Shown here: positions 31,485 to 41,727 of the stretch, piece after piece
Position numbering within the stretch: position 1 is the stretch's first letter
Layout: each line of letters opens with the position of its first letter
The notes under the pieces: model-generated
Told to the model about the DNA's origin: nothing
What the model saw: the letters and a program-made list of their open reading frames with translations, nothing else
The model's database searches: none
Assembly: GCA_016839765.1 (NCBI GenBank)
Contig: JAEOTP010000068.1
Span: 27,218 to 91,217 of the forward strand
Direction of reading: 5' to 3'
Origin: Promethearchaeota archaeon
GTDB taxonomy: Archaea > Asgardarchaeota > Lokiarchaeia > Sigyniarchaeales > SOKP01
Length of the DNA stretch: 64,000 nucleotides
Translations under genes and position numbers: made by a program

Positions 31485-31611
31485 TCAAAAATATCAAATT
31501 TATAACTTGGTAAATATTCATTTATAATAAAATTTTTTTATTATACTAATGCTTACATTTCATAAAGAAATATTCTAAGATCTATTAGTTTGAATTGAGG
31601 TTTTTCATTTA

Positions 31612-32346
31612 TTGTCATATTTTGAATCAAGATTAAAGATAAGTTTCGATAATTTAGAAGAAGTTAGACATATACTAACCTTTTGTGAAAAATTGGGTAT
31701 AAAAAATTTAATTCTTGAACCAATAAATAATTCAAATAACCTTAAGGTTGAATTACTTAATAAAATTAAAAAAATTACAAAAATAAATATATATTATCGC
31801 TTTAATTTAACCCCAAGCAGCTTAAATGATTTTAAGAAGACATTAAAAAAATATGATTCTTTTCCTCATATTTTAGGGGTAGAAACTCCTTATAAGGAGA
31901 TTCAAATTCAAGCAGCAAAAGATTCTAGAATTGATATCTTATCATTTTCAAATGAAGAGATTATGAAGACAATCTCGATTGGAGTCATTTCATTAATTAA
32001 ACAAAACAATTCGTTTATTGAATTTTCACTAGCTCCAATAATGATGAAATCTAAAGGAATTCAGTCAAAGAATTTCAGAAATTTGTATCGTTTTACTAAA
32101 TTAGTATTAGATTTAAAACCAAACTATATCATTAGTGGAAATTTTAGTGAGTTATATCATTTTAGAAATCCAAGAAGTCTCTTAAGTATTTGCCACACAT
32201 TATTAGGAATGTCTTTATATGAAGCAAAAAAAGGATTCAGGGATAATGTCCAATTATTATTAAAGCGTGTTAACCATCGTGTTAATAAAAATATATTCCA
32301 AGAAGGTGTTAAATTCATTAAAGGAGGAGGTAATGATTGTGAATAA
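31612..32346 (+). CDS. rnp3: RNase P subunit Rpp30
   Basis: AAKDSRIDIL, FIEFS, RNPRSL; adjacent to Pop5. Confidence 0.85.
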   Translation: MSYFESRLKISFDNLEEVRHILTFCEKLGIKNLILEPINNSNNLKVELLNKIKKITKINIYYRFNLTPSSLNDFKKTLKKYDSFPHILGVETPYKEIQIQAAKDSRIDILSFSNEEIMKTISIGVISLIKQNNSFIEFSLAPIMMKSKGIQSKNFRNLYRFTKLVLDLKPNYIISGNFSELYHFRNPRSLLSICHTLLGMSLYEAKKGFRDNVQLLLKRVNHRVNKNIFQEGVKFIKGGGNDCE

Positions 32347-32686
32347 GGAGAGACAAAGATATATTCTATTCCGTATTTTTAGCGAAAACAAGAGCAAATT
32401 TGATCAAAATGAAATATTGAAAGCAATTTGGCAATCAATTTGGAGATACTTTGGTCTGAAGGAAGCTAACAAGACGGGATTATGGTTAGTAGAACTTGAT
32501 CTCGAGAAAGATTATGGAATAATAAGATGCTCTCATCAAACTAAAGAATTGGTAATTTCTGCTTTAACTCTCATAACAGAGATATCTAGTGAAAAAATGA
32601 TATTTTCTCCTATCAAAACTTCTGGGACTATTAGATCGTTAGTTAAAGTAAAAGAAAAAATATTTAATAGAAAGAAGAATAGTTAA
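32333..32686 (+). CDS. rnp2: RNase P subunit Pop5/Rpp14
   Basis: RQRYILF, GIIRC, TSGTI; GGAGGAGG SD. Confidence 0.88.
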   Translation: MIVNKERQRYILFRIFSENKSKFDQNEILKAIWQSIWRYFGLKEANKTGLWLVELDLEKDYGIIRCSHQTKELVISALTLITEISSEKMIFSPIKTSGTIRSLVKVKEKIFNRKKNS

Positions 32687-32708
32687 TTTTAGAAAATATT
32701 GGAAAAAG

Positions 32709-33140
32709 ATGAAAAAAGATAAATTAACTAACGCAGTTATCAAGGAAAATTTAGATCCATTTAAATTAAATCTAACTCAGTTATTATCAGAAGTAAGAGA
32801 TTCTCGAAATAGTCCTTATTTATTAATTATTCAATCAAATACAGAAAATTATGTAAAATTAACAATTTATCCAATAAAGCATCAGAAGATCATTAAATTA
32901 ACTTTAAAAGGCGTTAACATTTTATATAAAGATATTGAAATCTTATCCAAAAGACTCCAAAAATATAATATAATTCACACTACTGGATTAGTATCAAAAA
33001 GTAAAAATGTTATTTATGAATGTTACCTTGATTTACGAAAAATTGATACTAAATATAGTGAACTTGAAAAATCTTTAGAAAAAATTAAAAGCATATTCAA
33101 AGATATAAAAATTGAGGAATTAAGTTTAAATCAAAGTTAA
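32709..33140 (+). CDS. Hypothetical protein, possible ACT-like C-terminal domain
   Basis: 143-aa ORF co-oriented in operon; IIHTTG...YECY. Confidence 0.6.
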   Translation: MKKDKLTNAVIKENLDPFKLNLTQLLSEVRDSRNSPYLLIIQSNTENYVKLTIYPIKHQKIIKLTLKGVNILYKDIEILSKRLQKYNIIHTTGLVSKSKNVIYECYLDLRKIDTKYSELEKSLEKIKSIFKDIKIEELSLNQS

Positions 33141-33152
33141 AATGTCATAAAA

Positions 33153-33602
33153 ATGAAAAGCTGGGAAATTACCTTAAAATACTCTGACGGTTCAGCTAAA
33201 AAACTAGATTTATTTGATGTTAAGAATTTATTCAATGGATATTTGAAAATTAAAAGAAGTTATTTTGACCGACTTTTAAAAGCAGTAAAGATAACTAAGA
33301 ATTATTTTACGGGCAACGCTATTGAAATGATAATTTCCCCAGATAAAGATGATTGGACTTTTAATCCTTGGATGTTAGTCTTAATACAGGATAATGAGAA
33401 GAAGAAACCATTTTGGCTGCTTATCAAAAGAGAGAGAGATCTTTCCGGGGAACTGGTTGCTATAGGGCCAAAAGGTTTTGCAGATTATAATGATAGCAAC
33501 AGTGACGAGGCTAGACGTGATCTTAAACGCTTAATGACTTATCTTGTTGTATATATTAATAAATTTGAATGTGGTGTGCTTTTACCTAATTATTTATCAT
33601 GA
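33153..33602 (+). CDS. Hypothetical protein
   Basis: 149-aa ORF, tight operon spacing. Confidence 0.65.
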   Translation: MKSWEITLKYSDGSAKKLDLFDVKNLFNGYLKIKRSYFDRLLKAVKITKNYFTGNAIEMIISPDKDDWTFNPWMLVLIQDNEKKKPFWLLIKRERDLSGELVAIGPKGFADYNDSNSDEARRDLKRLMTYLVVYINKFECGVLLPNYLS

Positions 33603-33747
33603 TTTAAGATACTGTTGAGTTTATAGAAATAGATGATTTTTAGAATTATCAAATTAATACTCAATTTTTTGAATATATTGAAATAAGTATAAGAAACTTA
33701 AAATATCAAATTTAATTATCACCTTCATTAGTTGATAAATAGCTAAT

Positions 33748-34614
33748 TTGCATAAAATATCTGTAAGTGGCTTTAGAACTGTGAAAAGAATTGCGATTAA
33801 ATTAATTATCCTAATGTTTATTACAAGTCTAACGGTTAGTTCCTATTTATTAGTTATAAATGGCTCTGGGGCAGATTTAGAAATCAAACCCCTTTATGGG
33901 CAAGCTCCTGTAATAGATGGAGAAATTGATACATCTGAAAATGAATGGAACAAGGCAATAAAGGAACATCTAAATTTATATCCAAATGAATCCGCCCCAG
34001 AAAATCCATTACTAGTTGATTTATGGGTTATGCAGAATGGCTCAAATTTATATATCTCAATCCAATTTAGTTTTCTTCATAATAGTTTTGAATTTGTGGG
34101 ATTATTAATCTCTAGCAATCAATCTGAAAACCCAGAAGATTTTACAGATGCTAAAATCGTTCGATTTTCAAATATTAGTACCAATGAATATACATATAAA
34201 GATTATTATTTAAATAATTCAATTTATGAGGAGGATACAAATTCAAATGGTAGTGGAGCTGGAAAAATAGAGGGAGAGGATGTTATTTATGAATTTGTCT
34301 TGCCTGTTGAATATAATGAAAGTGATCCTGAAGATGTCTTTTTAGAATACGGAACTGATGAAGAAAGTGGTCATATATTTAAAATTATTATGGGAGATTC
34401 TACAGACCCTCCTTCTTATCCAGAGGATATAAGGATAAGTAATAATGTTTTAATTAAAATTACATACAATCCACTACCTACCGAGTTAACTCAAGAAGAA
34501 CTTTTAATCTTAATTTTTTCCATTATTATTTTTGGTACTAGTGGAATGCTTTACGTATTTTATATCTATAGAATTGTAAAATTGAAGGAAAGAATTGAAA
34601 GAATAAGGACATAA
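33748..34614 (+). CDS. Surface protein: signal peptide, DOMON/CBM9-like domain, C-terminal TM (copy A)
   Basis: APVIDGEID...EW motif; homolog at 63177-63977. Confidence 0.75.
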   Translation: MHKISVSGFRTVKRIAIKLIILMFITSLTVSSYLLVINGSGADLEIKPLYGQAPVIDGEIDTSENEWNKAIKEHLNLYPNESAPENPLLVDLWVMQNGSNLYISIQFSFLHNSFEFVGLLISSNQSENPEDFTDAKIVRFSNISTNEYTYKDYYLNNSIYEEDTNSNGSGAGKIEGEDVIYEFVLPVEYNESDPEDVFLEYGTDEESGHIFKIIMGDSTDPPSYPEDIRISNNVLIKITYNPLPTELTQEELLILIFSIIIFGTSGMLYVFYIYRIVKLKERIERIRT

Positions 34615-34615
34615 T

Positions 34616-35029
34616 ATGCCAAAATTTAAAAAAGAGAAGAAAAGGGATAACCGTTCAAACAAAAAAGCATTTAACGAAGAATTCGCGTATAAGACAGTAA
34701 TTAAGTCAGTTATTTTCGCAGGCTTTTTTTTTACTTTATCAATTCTCTTTAATATGGAGATAATAACATTTTTTGTAAATTTGGGTGAACTTTGGTTTAT
34801 TATTGATATAATTATTAAACTGGTTGCAATTTTACTCTTTTTCTTTTTCATGGTAATAAGTATTGGCAATTATAAAGAATTAACAGGAAGACCGTTAGAT
34901 TTTAAGCTAATTCTTTTAATGTTTGTATTATCTCTCCTTCAAGCATTTCGAGACCCTATAGTTTTTACGTTTACCTTTTTTGGACTTGCTATTATAATTA
35001 TTTATATGTTCTTTGTCCAAGAAAGTTAA
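34616..35029 (+). CDS. Small 4-TM protein (copy A)
   Basis: AFNE.FAY and SIGNYKE shared with 62759-63175. Confidence 0.85.
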   Translation: MPKFKKEKKRDNRSNKKAFNEEFAYKTVIKSVIFAGFFFTLSILFNMEIITFFVNLGELWFIIDIIIKLVAILLFFFFMVISIGNYKELTGRPLDFKLILLMFVLSLLQAFRDPIVFTFTFFGLAIIIIYMFFVQES

Positions 35030-35063
35030 ATTTGAAATCGAAATCTCATTATTGATTATAATA

Positions 35064-35807
35064 ATGAAGTCAAATTTTTTATTTGTGGGACACAGAGGAA
35101 CGAGATTTCAGTTTGATGAAAACACTATAGAAGCATTTGAGATCGCATTAATCCATGGAGCAAATTATATTGAGTTTGATATTCGTGAATTAAAAGATGG
35201 AAATTTAATCATTATTCATGATTCTTCGTTAGAGAGAACAACAAACGGTTTTGGTTTAATTAAAGATTATAATTATTCAGAGATAAGTAATCTAAATACA
35301 AGAAATAGAAATTGTAAAATACCTCTTTTACATGAGGTTTTGGAAAATTTTAGGAGTAAAACTAATTTTATAATCGAATTAAAAGAAGTAGATTCATGGC
35401 AGGAAGTTATAGATATTGTAATTAAAAAACAATTACTACTTAACACAATTTTTAGTGGAAGAAATTTAGTTATGTTAAAACGTTTGAAGACAAAGGCACC
35501 AGAAGCTCAAGTTTGTTATAATATTACTAAGGGACAAGGATTTACTTTGAAAAATTTTCTTGAAAATCGGGGCATGGATAAATTAACTTTTATTCCAGAC
35601 ATAATTAGTCTTAGATCTAACTTAATTGAAAAAAAATTTATTAAAAAATGTCATAAGCATAATTTATTAGCATTAGCTTGGGATTTCATTAATTACAAAA
35701 ATCCCATCGAAAAAATCAAATATTTAATCGATTTAGGAATTGATGGTATATTATTTGATGATTATCGCAATATTGGATTTATAAAAGATTATTTATTGAC
35801 CAGTTAA
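35064..35807 (+). CDS. Glycerophosphodiester phosphodiesterase (copy A)
   Basis: GHRG, ENT, IEFDI, HD, IELK, GIDGILFD; start set by alignment with copy B. Confidence 0.92.
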   Translation: MKSNFLFVGHRGTRFQFDENTIEAFEIALIHGANYIEFDIRELKDGNLIIIHDSSLERTTNGFGLIKDYNYSEISNLNTRNRNCKIPLLHEVLENFRSKTNFIIELKEVDSWQEVIDIVIKKQLLLNTIFSGRNLVMLKRLKTKAPEAQVCYNITKGQGFTLKNFLENRGMDKLTFIPDIISLRSNLIEKKFIKKCHKHNLLALAWDFINYKNPIEKIKYLIDLGIDGILFDDYRNIGFIKDYLLTS

Positions 35808-37867
35808 TTGTTTTTTATGATAGATTTCCCTGATGGAAGAATCAATACTATCTCGTCTAAAGTTAATAATTTTATCCATTTCCTTAATTTCTTTTCAGAT
35901 GTTTTTAAAAAATAAGATATTATTTCTTTTGCTAATGCTCCTTTTTGGAGTCCTGTATTAGAAGGTTTTATAATTAAAAAATTACTATCTTCAGATTCGA
36001 TTGCCCTTATTGGTCCAACCTTTATTTTCGGATAAAATTGATGATTTTCATCATTTGAAGTATCATGTAATTCAATTAATTCTAAACTAATAGCTAACTC
36101 TGTCTCAGCGTCTTTTATAAGGTTTTTTTTTCCTGAAATCATAAAAGAGCCTTTAGGTAGAAATTCACCTGAAGGAGGGGTTTTTGAAACTTGATTTGGC
36201 AACACAAAGAACACATCAACAACACCCCAATTTTCTTTCCATGCTCGAGAATAACTAGCAACGAATATTGCAGCCTCTTTTATTGTATTTTGGGGAATAT
36301 CTTTACCTTCCGGATTTTTTATGACTGTTAATGGGGAACCTGGAAAGTTTGTATGAAAAACTAAATCATTATCATCAACATATTTCTTATATATTAATTC
36401 ATTTGAATTAGCATCTCTCCCTCCAATAACAAGAAATTCTTCCGATGAAAAGAACCATCTAAATTTTTCAAACCACTTCTTCTTTGGTTTCTTAATTAAA
36501 ACATCTACTTTTTCTTCGATTGCATCTCTTTTATCAAGTAATTGTTGTATAGTTTTTTTAGTTTTTTCAATTGCAGGGATGGTGCCTTTTATTTTTTTTT
36601 CAAACTTTTTTCCTTTAGTATAGAGCCTATTGGCATTCTCTCCTAGACTATAATTTAAATTTAAATATACTTCATTATCTTTTATGTTAATTATTACTTG
36701 TTTTGTTGATGGTATAATTTTAATGAAGAATTGTAAACCTTCAATATTATCATTCTTGGCATTTAATAATTTTTCATTAATTTCTTCAATTGAATAGCCT
36801 CTGCTTCTTGCATTTGAGATTGTATCAAACAGTTTTTCTAATGTATTGAAATTAGTATATATAAAATCTCCATAATCATAGAATTTTTTCTTTTGAACTT
36901 TTAACTCGTTTAGATACTCCTTTTGTCTTTTTAAAATTTGTTCCTGAACATTTATTTGGTGATCAAGATTATCATTTTGGGAAGATTTAACTAGATCTGA
37001 ATCAATTTGAGAATAATAATAATCAACTGCTTCATTGAAAGACTCAAAATATCTTTTATTTTGATTTTGGTATAAAATAAGATCAAAAGGCTGAACTGAT
37101 ATTTGATTTTCATTCTCATCAAGTATAATATTTGCGTTAATTTTACCGAAAAGTAATTGATTTCTTAAATTTTTGAAAGCATCGAATAGATTTTTCAAGT
37201 TATCAATACCTAAACTATTACCTTTTTCAGTTTTTTCGATTCCTGCTTCATAGCAAAGTTCTTCACTATGTAGACCTGAGATATTTATATTTCTTGCTAA
37301 AATTCTGACTATTTCCTGATCTGAATCAATGATCAAGTCATTAAATTCTTCTCGGTTTAAAGTTAAAAAATCCTTTCCCCTTGGTTTAGGAAAACTATAT
37401 TCTCTATTAGCTAAAATATCACGGTCTTTAAATCTTTTATACTTATTAGCAATTTTTACAACATCCTTATCGTCAACCAATATATAATTGCCTTTATTGA
37501 ATAGTTCGACAATAAATTTCCATGGTTCCTCATCATAATTACTTAAATTAAAAATGATAATCCTATCGAAATTATGTTGAGATATAGACAAAATTTTTCT
37601 GTTTTTCATGAATTTTCTTAAAGACATTACATATTGAGAAGGATATTTTGGGATAGGATAATTATAATTTGTTAAATTGATTCGAGAGTCATTTTTTATA
37701 ATTAAATTTTTCTTCTCATTTTTCTTTGTTTTAAGTTTTAATATCAAGAGATCTTCAATTTCATATATATTTAAGATGATCCCTTGAGAAAGTATTGAGT
37801 CTAATTCTCTAACAATTATATATACATCAAAATTTGAAAATTTTAATATTCTTCTCATAAATACCAT
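35804..37867 (-). CDS. rqcH: RqcH/NEMF (NFACT) ribosome quality-control factor (copy A)
   Basis: FDRII, WFEKFRWF, GGRDA, SKTPPSGEFLPKGSFMISG. Confidence 0.95.
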   Translation of the reverse strand: MVFMRRILKFSNFDVYIIVRELDSILSQGIILNIYEIEDLLILKLKTKKNEKKNLIIKNDSRINLTNYNYPIPKYPSQYVMSLRKFMKNRKILSISQHNFDRIIIFNLSNYDEEPWKFIVELFNKGNYILVDDKDVVKIANKYKRFKDRDILANREYSFPKPRGKDFLTLNREEFNDLIIDSDQEIVRILARNINISGLHSEELCYEAGIEKTEKGNSLGIDNLKNLFDAFKNLRNQLLFGKINANIILDENENQISVQPFDLILYQNQNKRYFESFNEAVDYYYSQIDSDLVKSSQNDNLDHQINVQEQILKRQKEYLNELKVQKKKFYDYGDFIYTNFNTLEKLFDTISNARSRGYSIEEINEKLLNAKNDNIEGLQFFIKIIPSTKQVIINIKDNEVYLNLNYSLGENANRLYTKGKKFEKKIKGTIPAIEKTKKTIQQLLDKRDAIEEKVDVLIKKPKKKWFEKFRWFFSSEEFLVIGGRDANSNELIYKKYVDDNDLVFHTNFPGSPLTVIKNPEGKDIPQNTIKEAAIFVASYSRAWKENWGVVDVFFVLPNQVSKTPPSGEFLPKGSFMISGKKNLIKDAETELAISLELIELHDTSNDENHQFYPKIKVGPIRAIESEDSNFLIIKPSNTGLQKGALAKEIISYFLKTSEKKLRKWIKLLTLDEIVLILPSGKSIIKNN

Positions 37868-37944
37868 TATCGTTTGAATAAAATCTGAACTTTACTACAA
37901 TATATATAATGATTTTTATAATAAATAATATTAATAATACTATT

Positions 37945-38361
37945 ATGGTTAAAAAAGATAAACGCCAGAAGCGAACCAATATAAAGAAAGAACGTCAGAA
38001 GCGTATTAAAGAAAAAAAGAAACAACTACAAAAACAAGATTTATTATCAGATAAAAAAACTTCAAAGGGAATAGATCTCCGTTTAGAAAAAGAAACAAAA
38101 ATTTACTGGATTAGAGCAATAACAGGTGCCGCTAGCGCTTTAATTGGAATTTTAATAGGTTTAAAAGGATGGTGGATATTTCTCTGGATGATGTGCTTTT
38201 GGTGGATTACTCCATTTTTTGTAAGTTTTATAATATTAAGATATGAATATGATAAAGAGGAATGGAATTGGAAAAATATTATTAAGCCCGGAGTAGGAAT
38301 ATATTTCTTCCTTTTTATGATTATCTCAACTATTACATTCACATTAATTAGATATTTCTGA
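37945..38361 (+). CDS. EMC6-like 3-TM protein (copy A)
   Basis: YWIRAITGAASALIGILIGLKG and G.GIYFFLF pattern like EMC6; basic N-terminus. Confidence 0.6.
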   Translation: MVKKDKRQKRTNIKKERQKRIKEKKKQLQKQDLLSDKKTSKGIDLRLEKETKIYWIRAITGAASALIGILIGLKGWWIFLWMMCFWWITPFFVSFIILRYEYDKEEWNWKNIIKPGVGIYFFLFMIISTITFTLIRYF

Positions 38362-38364
38362 AAT

Positions 38365-38871
38365 TTATAATGAAATTGCTTGTTTTACTTTTTTCTCAAT
38401 TTTTTCTTTTGAAGTAAAAATAATTTCTTCTAATTTATAATTGCGATTACAATATATACATTGAATTTTCAATGGCTTTTCTTCTAAAACTAAGAATTCT
38501 GTGTCGATTGGCTCTTTTTCTGAATTTGAAATACATGTTTTGTTTTGGCAGAGTATTAATCTTTCAATAATTTGTGGTATTTTTACTTTTTTCTTTTCTA
38601 TCACTTTATAATTATCGATAAGAGAAATTGTTGCATTAGGTGAGAGAATCGAAATTTGTTGCATTTGTATTTCGTTCAGAAAAACTCCTTCAATCTTAAT
38701 TATATCTTTTTTATTATACTTTTTAGACGATACATTCACCCCGATAGTCATAAGATTTGGTGATTCATCAAGACCCGTTAGATTCAGAATTGTTAATGCA
38801 TAACCCGCATCGATATGGTCAATTACAGTACCTTTTTTTATTTTATCTATCTTTAATTTTTCTTCAGACAT
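38365..38871 (-). CDS. pyrI: Aspartate carbamoyltransferase regulatory chain (copy A)
   Basis: GTVIDHI, KDIIKIE; Zn cysteines C.N..CIS and CIYC. Confidence 0.97.
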   Translation of the reverse strand: MSEEKLKIDKIKKGTVIDHIDAGYALTILNLTGLDESPNLMTIGVNVSSKKYNKKDIIKIEGVFLNEIQMQQISILSPNATISLIDNYKVIEKKKVKIPQIIERLILCQNKTCISNSEKEPIDTEFLVLEEKPLKIQCIYCNRNYKLEEIIFTSKEKIEKKVKQAISL

Positions 38872-38936
38872 TTTCTTGTAATTTAAATAATCTAATTGAA
38901 AAAACTTTTGGCATAAATCAAGAATTTTATTATTAT

Positions 38937-40016
38937 TTAGATAATAATGAATGAGATAAAAAATAACACGGTTGATATAATAGAATTGTAAGTAAGATTA
39001 TCATCAATTTCTAAGTCTAAAAAATCTAACAATCCAATTAATAATGCACCAATCGAAGGTAATAAGAATATACTTAATAAATTTAATATTGATAATCCAT
39101 TTAAGAGTAATAAAACAATTATCCCAGAAAAGAAAGCAACAACTATTCCAGCAATTAATCCTGCATAAGTTTTATTTGTATTTCGAATTTTTTTATGACC
39201 AAATGTTCTCCCAAATAGATTAGCAGTCATATCACCAAAAATTGCCATTGTCATAGAAGTGCAGATTATTAAAGGGCCGATAGGTTGGATCACTCCATAA
39301 ATTATGATGATCGAAAAACACCCAATTCCCATAGAAATATGGGGGCCAAATCTCATGTGGCGTTCTTTCTCTCTTAGAATTCTATTAACAGGTTTTAAAG
39401 GATATACCTCTGGTTTCAATATCCTTATGAATTCTGCTGTGAAAAATCCAATTAAAGAAATTCCAACTAAGCATACTACTAAATATTGTGTAAAAATCAT
39501 ATTGGGTATATTATTATAAATTGAAAAAAATAATTCAGAGAAAAATGGCGGTAATAACTTGAATAAATAAACAAATAAATTCTGAACGAGGAATCCCAAT
39601 GTAAAATAGAAAAAGATAATTCCTAGTACTATTAAGTGGGATAATTTTCTGTAAATCTCATATTTTAATGGCAATTCTTTGGGAGTTAATAAATCATTTT
39701 TTCTTGTATTAGGTTTTCCTAGGCTAACTTTTTTCTTTTCCCTATGAATTAAAAGATAAAAAAAGGGTAAAAATAACAAAATGAAACCCAGTATAAGAAT
39801 ATCAAAAGGATATATAATCAAATCTATACTAGTTATATGAAGTAGATTAATTATTACTAAATTAATTGAGATGCTTATTAGGAAAACCAATGAATTAATC
39901 AGATTATTAAGGAATGCTCCCTTTTCACCCTTCTTTTTAGTAAGATAGGTAATATAGAATAAAATTAAGCCATATAGAGAAAAAATTCCTACTATAATGT
40001 ATGATAGCAAATCCAA
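38937..40016 (-). CDS. CTP-dependent polyprenol/diacylglycerol kinase family (SEC59/DGK1/phytol kinase) (copy A)
   Basis: RKLSHL, FGD..A..FG..FG, KTYAG, DDNL. Confidence 0.85.
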   Translation of the reverse strand: MDLLSYIIVGIFSLYGLILFYITYLTKKKGEKGAFLNNLINSLVFLISISINLVIINLLHITSIDLIIYPFDILILGFILLFLPFFYLLIHREKKKVSLGKPNTRKNDLLTPKELPLKYEIYRKLSHLIVLGIIFFYFTLGFLVQNLFVYLFKLLPPFFSELFFSIYNNIPNMIFTQYLVVCLVGISLIGFFTAEFIRILKPEVYPLKPVNRILREKERHMRFGPHISMGIGCFSIIIIYGVIQPIGPLIICTSMTMAIFGDMTANLFGRTFGHKKIRNTNKTYAGLIAGIVVAFFSGIIVLLLLNGLSILNLLSIFLLPSIGALLIGLLDFLDLEIDDNLTYNSIISTVLFFISFIII

Positions 40017-40115
40017 AGATTACAATTCTCGTGAGATTTTAATAATGTTAATGATCTTTATAATTTTAAGATTTACTGTAAAATTATTATCAAGAAAGAA
40101 AGAAAAAAAAATAAT

Positions 40116-41516
40116 TTAAAATTGATTTTCATCGATTATTGGCATATCTGGAGAAGCTAATGCTTTCTTAATATCTTCTTTTGGTAATTCATAATCTTCT
40201 AACTTACCGCTCATGAATTCTTTGTATGCTAATAAATCAAAAAATCCATGACCACTGAAATTGAATACGATTACCTTTTTCTCATTATTCTCTTTTGCTT
40301 TTAAGGCTTGATTTATTGCTTCTTTTACCGCATGAGCAGTTTCTGGTGCGGGTAAGATTCCTTCTGTTTGAGCGAATTTAAGACCTGCTTCAATAATTTC
40401 TGTTTGGTGAAGCATTGAAGTTGAAATGATATTGTTGTTAGATAAAATTGAAATAATAGGCGCCATTCCATGATATCTTAATCCTCCCGCATGTATTGGA
40501 CTAGGAATAAATGTATGCCCCAGAGTATACATTTTTAATATTGGTGCTTTTTTTGCAGTATCTCCAAAATCCCATCTATATTCTCCTTTGCAAACGCTTG
40601 GGCAAGCTCTTGGTTCTACCCCTATTATTTCTAAATCTGGACATTTCCCCTGTAATTTATCTTTTACGAATGGAATTGCAAATCCTCCAAAATTCGAACC
40701 ACCACCCATACAACCTATGAGAATATCTGGCTCTAATCCGATTTTTTTTAGTTGTACTTTAGTCTCTTGGCCGATTATAGTTTGATGTAAAAGTACAAAA
40801 TTTACCACACTTCCTAGTGAATAGCGTATTTTATCACTCCTTAGACTATGTTCAACTGCTTCAGATATTGCAATGCCTAAGCTTCCAGGATGATCTGGAT
40901 TAATGTCATAAAATGTTCTTCCGGCATCGGTATGTTTTGAGGGACTTGCATGAATTGCTGCATTATATGCTCTCATTAATATCTTTCTACCAGGCTTTTG
41001 GATAAAGCTCGCTCTTACCATGTAAACAGTACATTTTAATCCATATATATTACATCCATAAGAGAGCGCTGAACCCCATTGTCCTGCTCCGGTTTCAGTG
41101 ACAAGCTCCTCAATTCCTTGTATTCCCGCATAATAAGCTTGAGCTAGAGCCGTATTAGGCTTATGGGATCCTGTAGGAGAAACTGATTCATTTTTAAAGA
41201 AGATTTTTATTCTACCATCATTTATACCAAGCATTTTTTCTAAACGGACTGCTCTGTGAAGAGGTGTTGGACGATATGTTGTAGCATAGATTTCTCTTAG
41301 CTCCTTTGGGATACTAATCGTATTATCTTGAGATACCTCTTGTAACACGCATTCTTTAGGAAAGATCGCAAAAGCTAATTCTGGAGGTGCCGGTTTTCCG
41401 TCCATAGGATTAATTAAAGGCGTTATAGGTGATGGTAAATCTGGAAGAATGTTTATCCATTCTTTAGGAACTTCGTTTGGATCTAATAAAACTCTTGCAT
41501 TAAAATTTTCTAACAT
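40116..41516 (-). CDS. trpB2: TrpB2 PLP enzyme (copy A)
   Basis: PTGSHKPN, TETGAGQWG, GGGSN, HAGGLRYHG, SGHG. Confidence 0.97.
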   Translation of the reverse strand: MLENFNARVLLDPNEVPKEWINILPDLPSPITPLINPMDGKPAPPELAFAIFPKECVLQEVSQDNTISIPKELREIYATTYRPTPLHRAVRLEKMLGINDGRIKIFFKNESVSPTGSHKPNTALAQAYYAGIQGIEELVTETGAGQWGSALSYGCNIYGLKCTVYMVRASFIQKPGRKILMRAYNAAIHASPSKHTDAGRTFYDINPDHPGSLGIAISEAVEHSLRSDKIRYSLGSVVNFVLLHQTIIGQETKVQLKKIGLEPDILIGCMGGGSNFGGFAIPFVKDKLQGKCPDLEIIGVEPRACPSVCKGEYRWDFGDTAKKAPILKMYTLGHTFIPSPIHAGGLRYHGMAPIISILSNNNIISTSMLHQTEIIEAGLKFAQTEGILPAPETAHAVKEAINQALKAKENNEKKVIVFNFSGHGFFDLLAYKEFMSGKLEDYELPKEDIKKALASPDMPIIDENQF

Positions 41517-41559
41517 TTAAATCACCGTTTTACATTTTTAGTTAAAAATGCTACATCTT

Positions 41560-41587
41560 TATATTGGAATTCAATATAATTGACGCA
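41560..41587 (-). promoter_or_regulatory. Conserved 28-nt element in the trpB2 leader (copy A)
   Basis: TGCGTCAATTATATTGAATTCCAATATA; 23/28 identical to 56252-56279. Confidence 0.6.
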
Positions 41588-41673
41588 TAATTGGCAAAAC
41601 AATTAAGATAATACAAAGAGAGGGAAATTATGTGATAGAAAGAAAAATTTGATTTAATCCAATGAAGGCGTAA

Positions 41674-41727
41674 CTAAAAACGCCAAGGCCACTGCCAACG
41701 CCAAAAAGTATTTTTTTCAGTAGCCAT
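41674..41727 (-). CDS. Trp-rich leader peptide MATEKNTFWRWQWPWRF (alternative ATG at 41739)
   Basis: Hand translation; 4 TGG codons; stop 157 nt upstream of trpB2; conserved in copy B. Confidence 0.85.
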   Translation of the reverse strand: MATEKNTFWRWQWPWRF

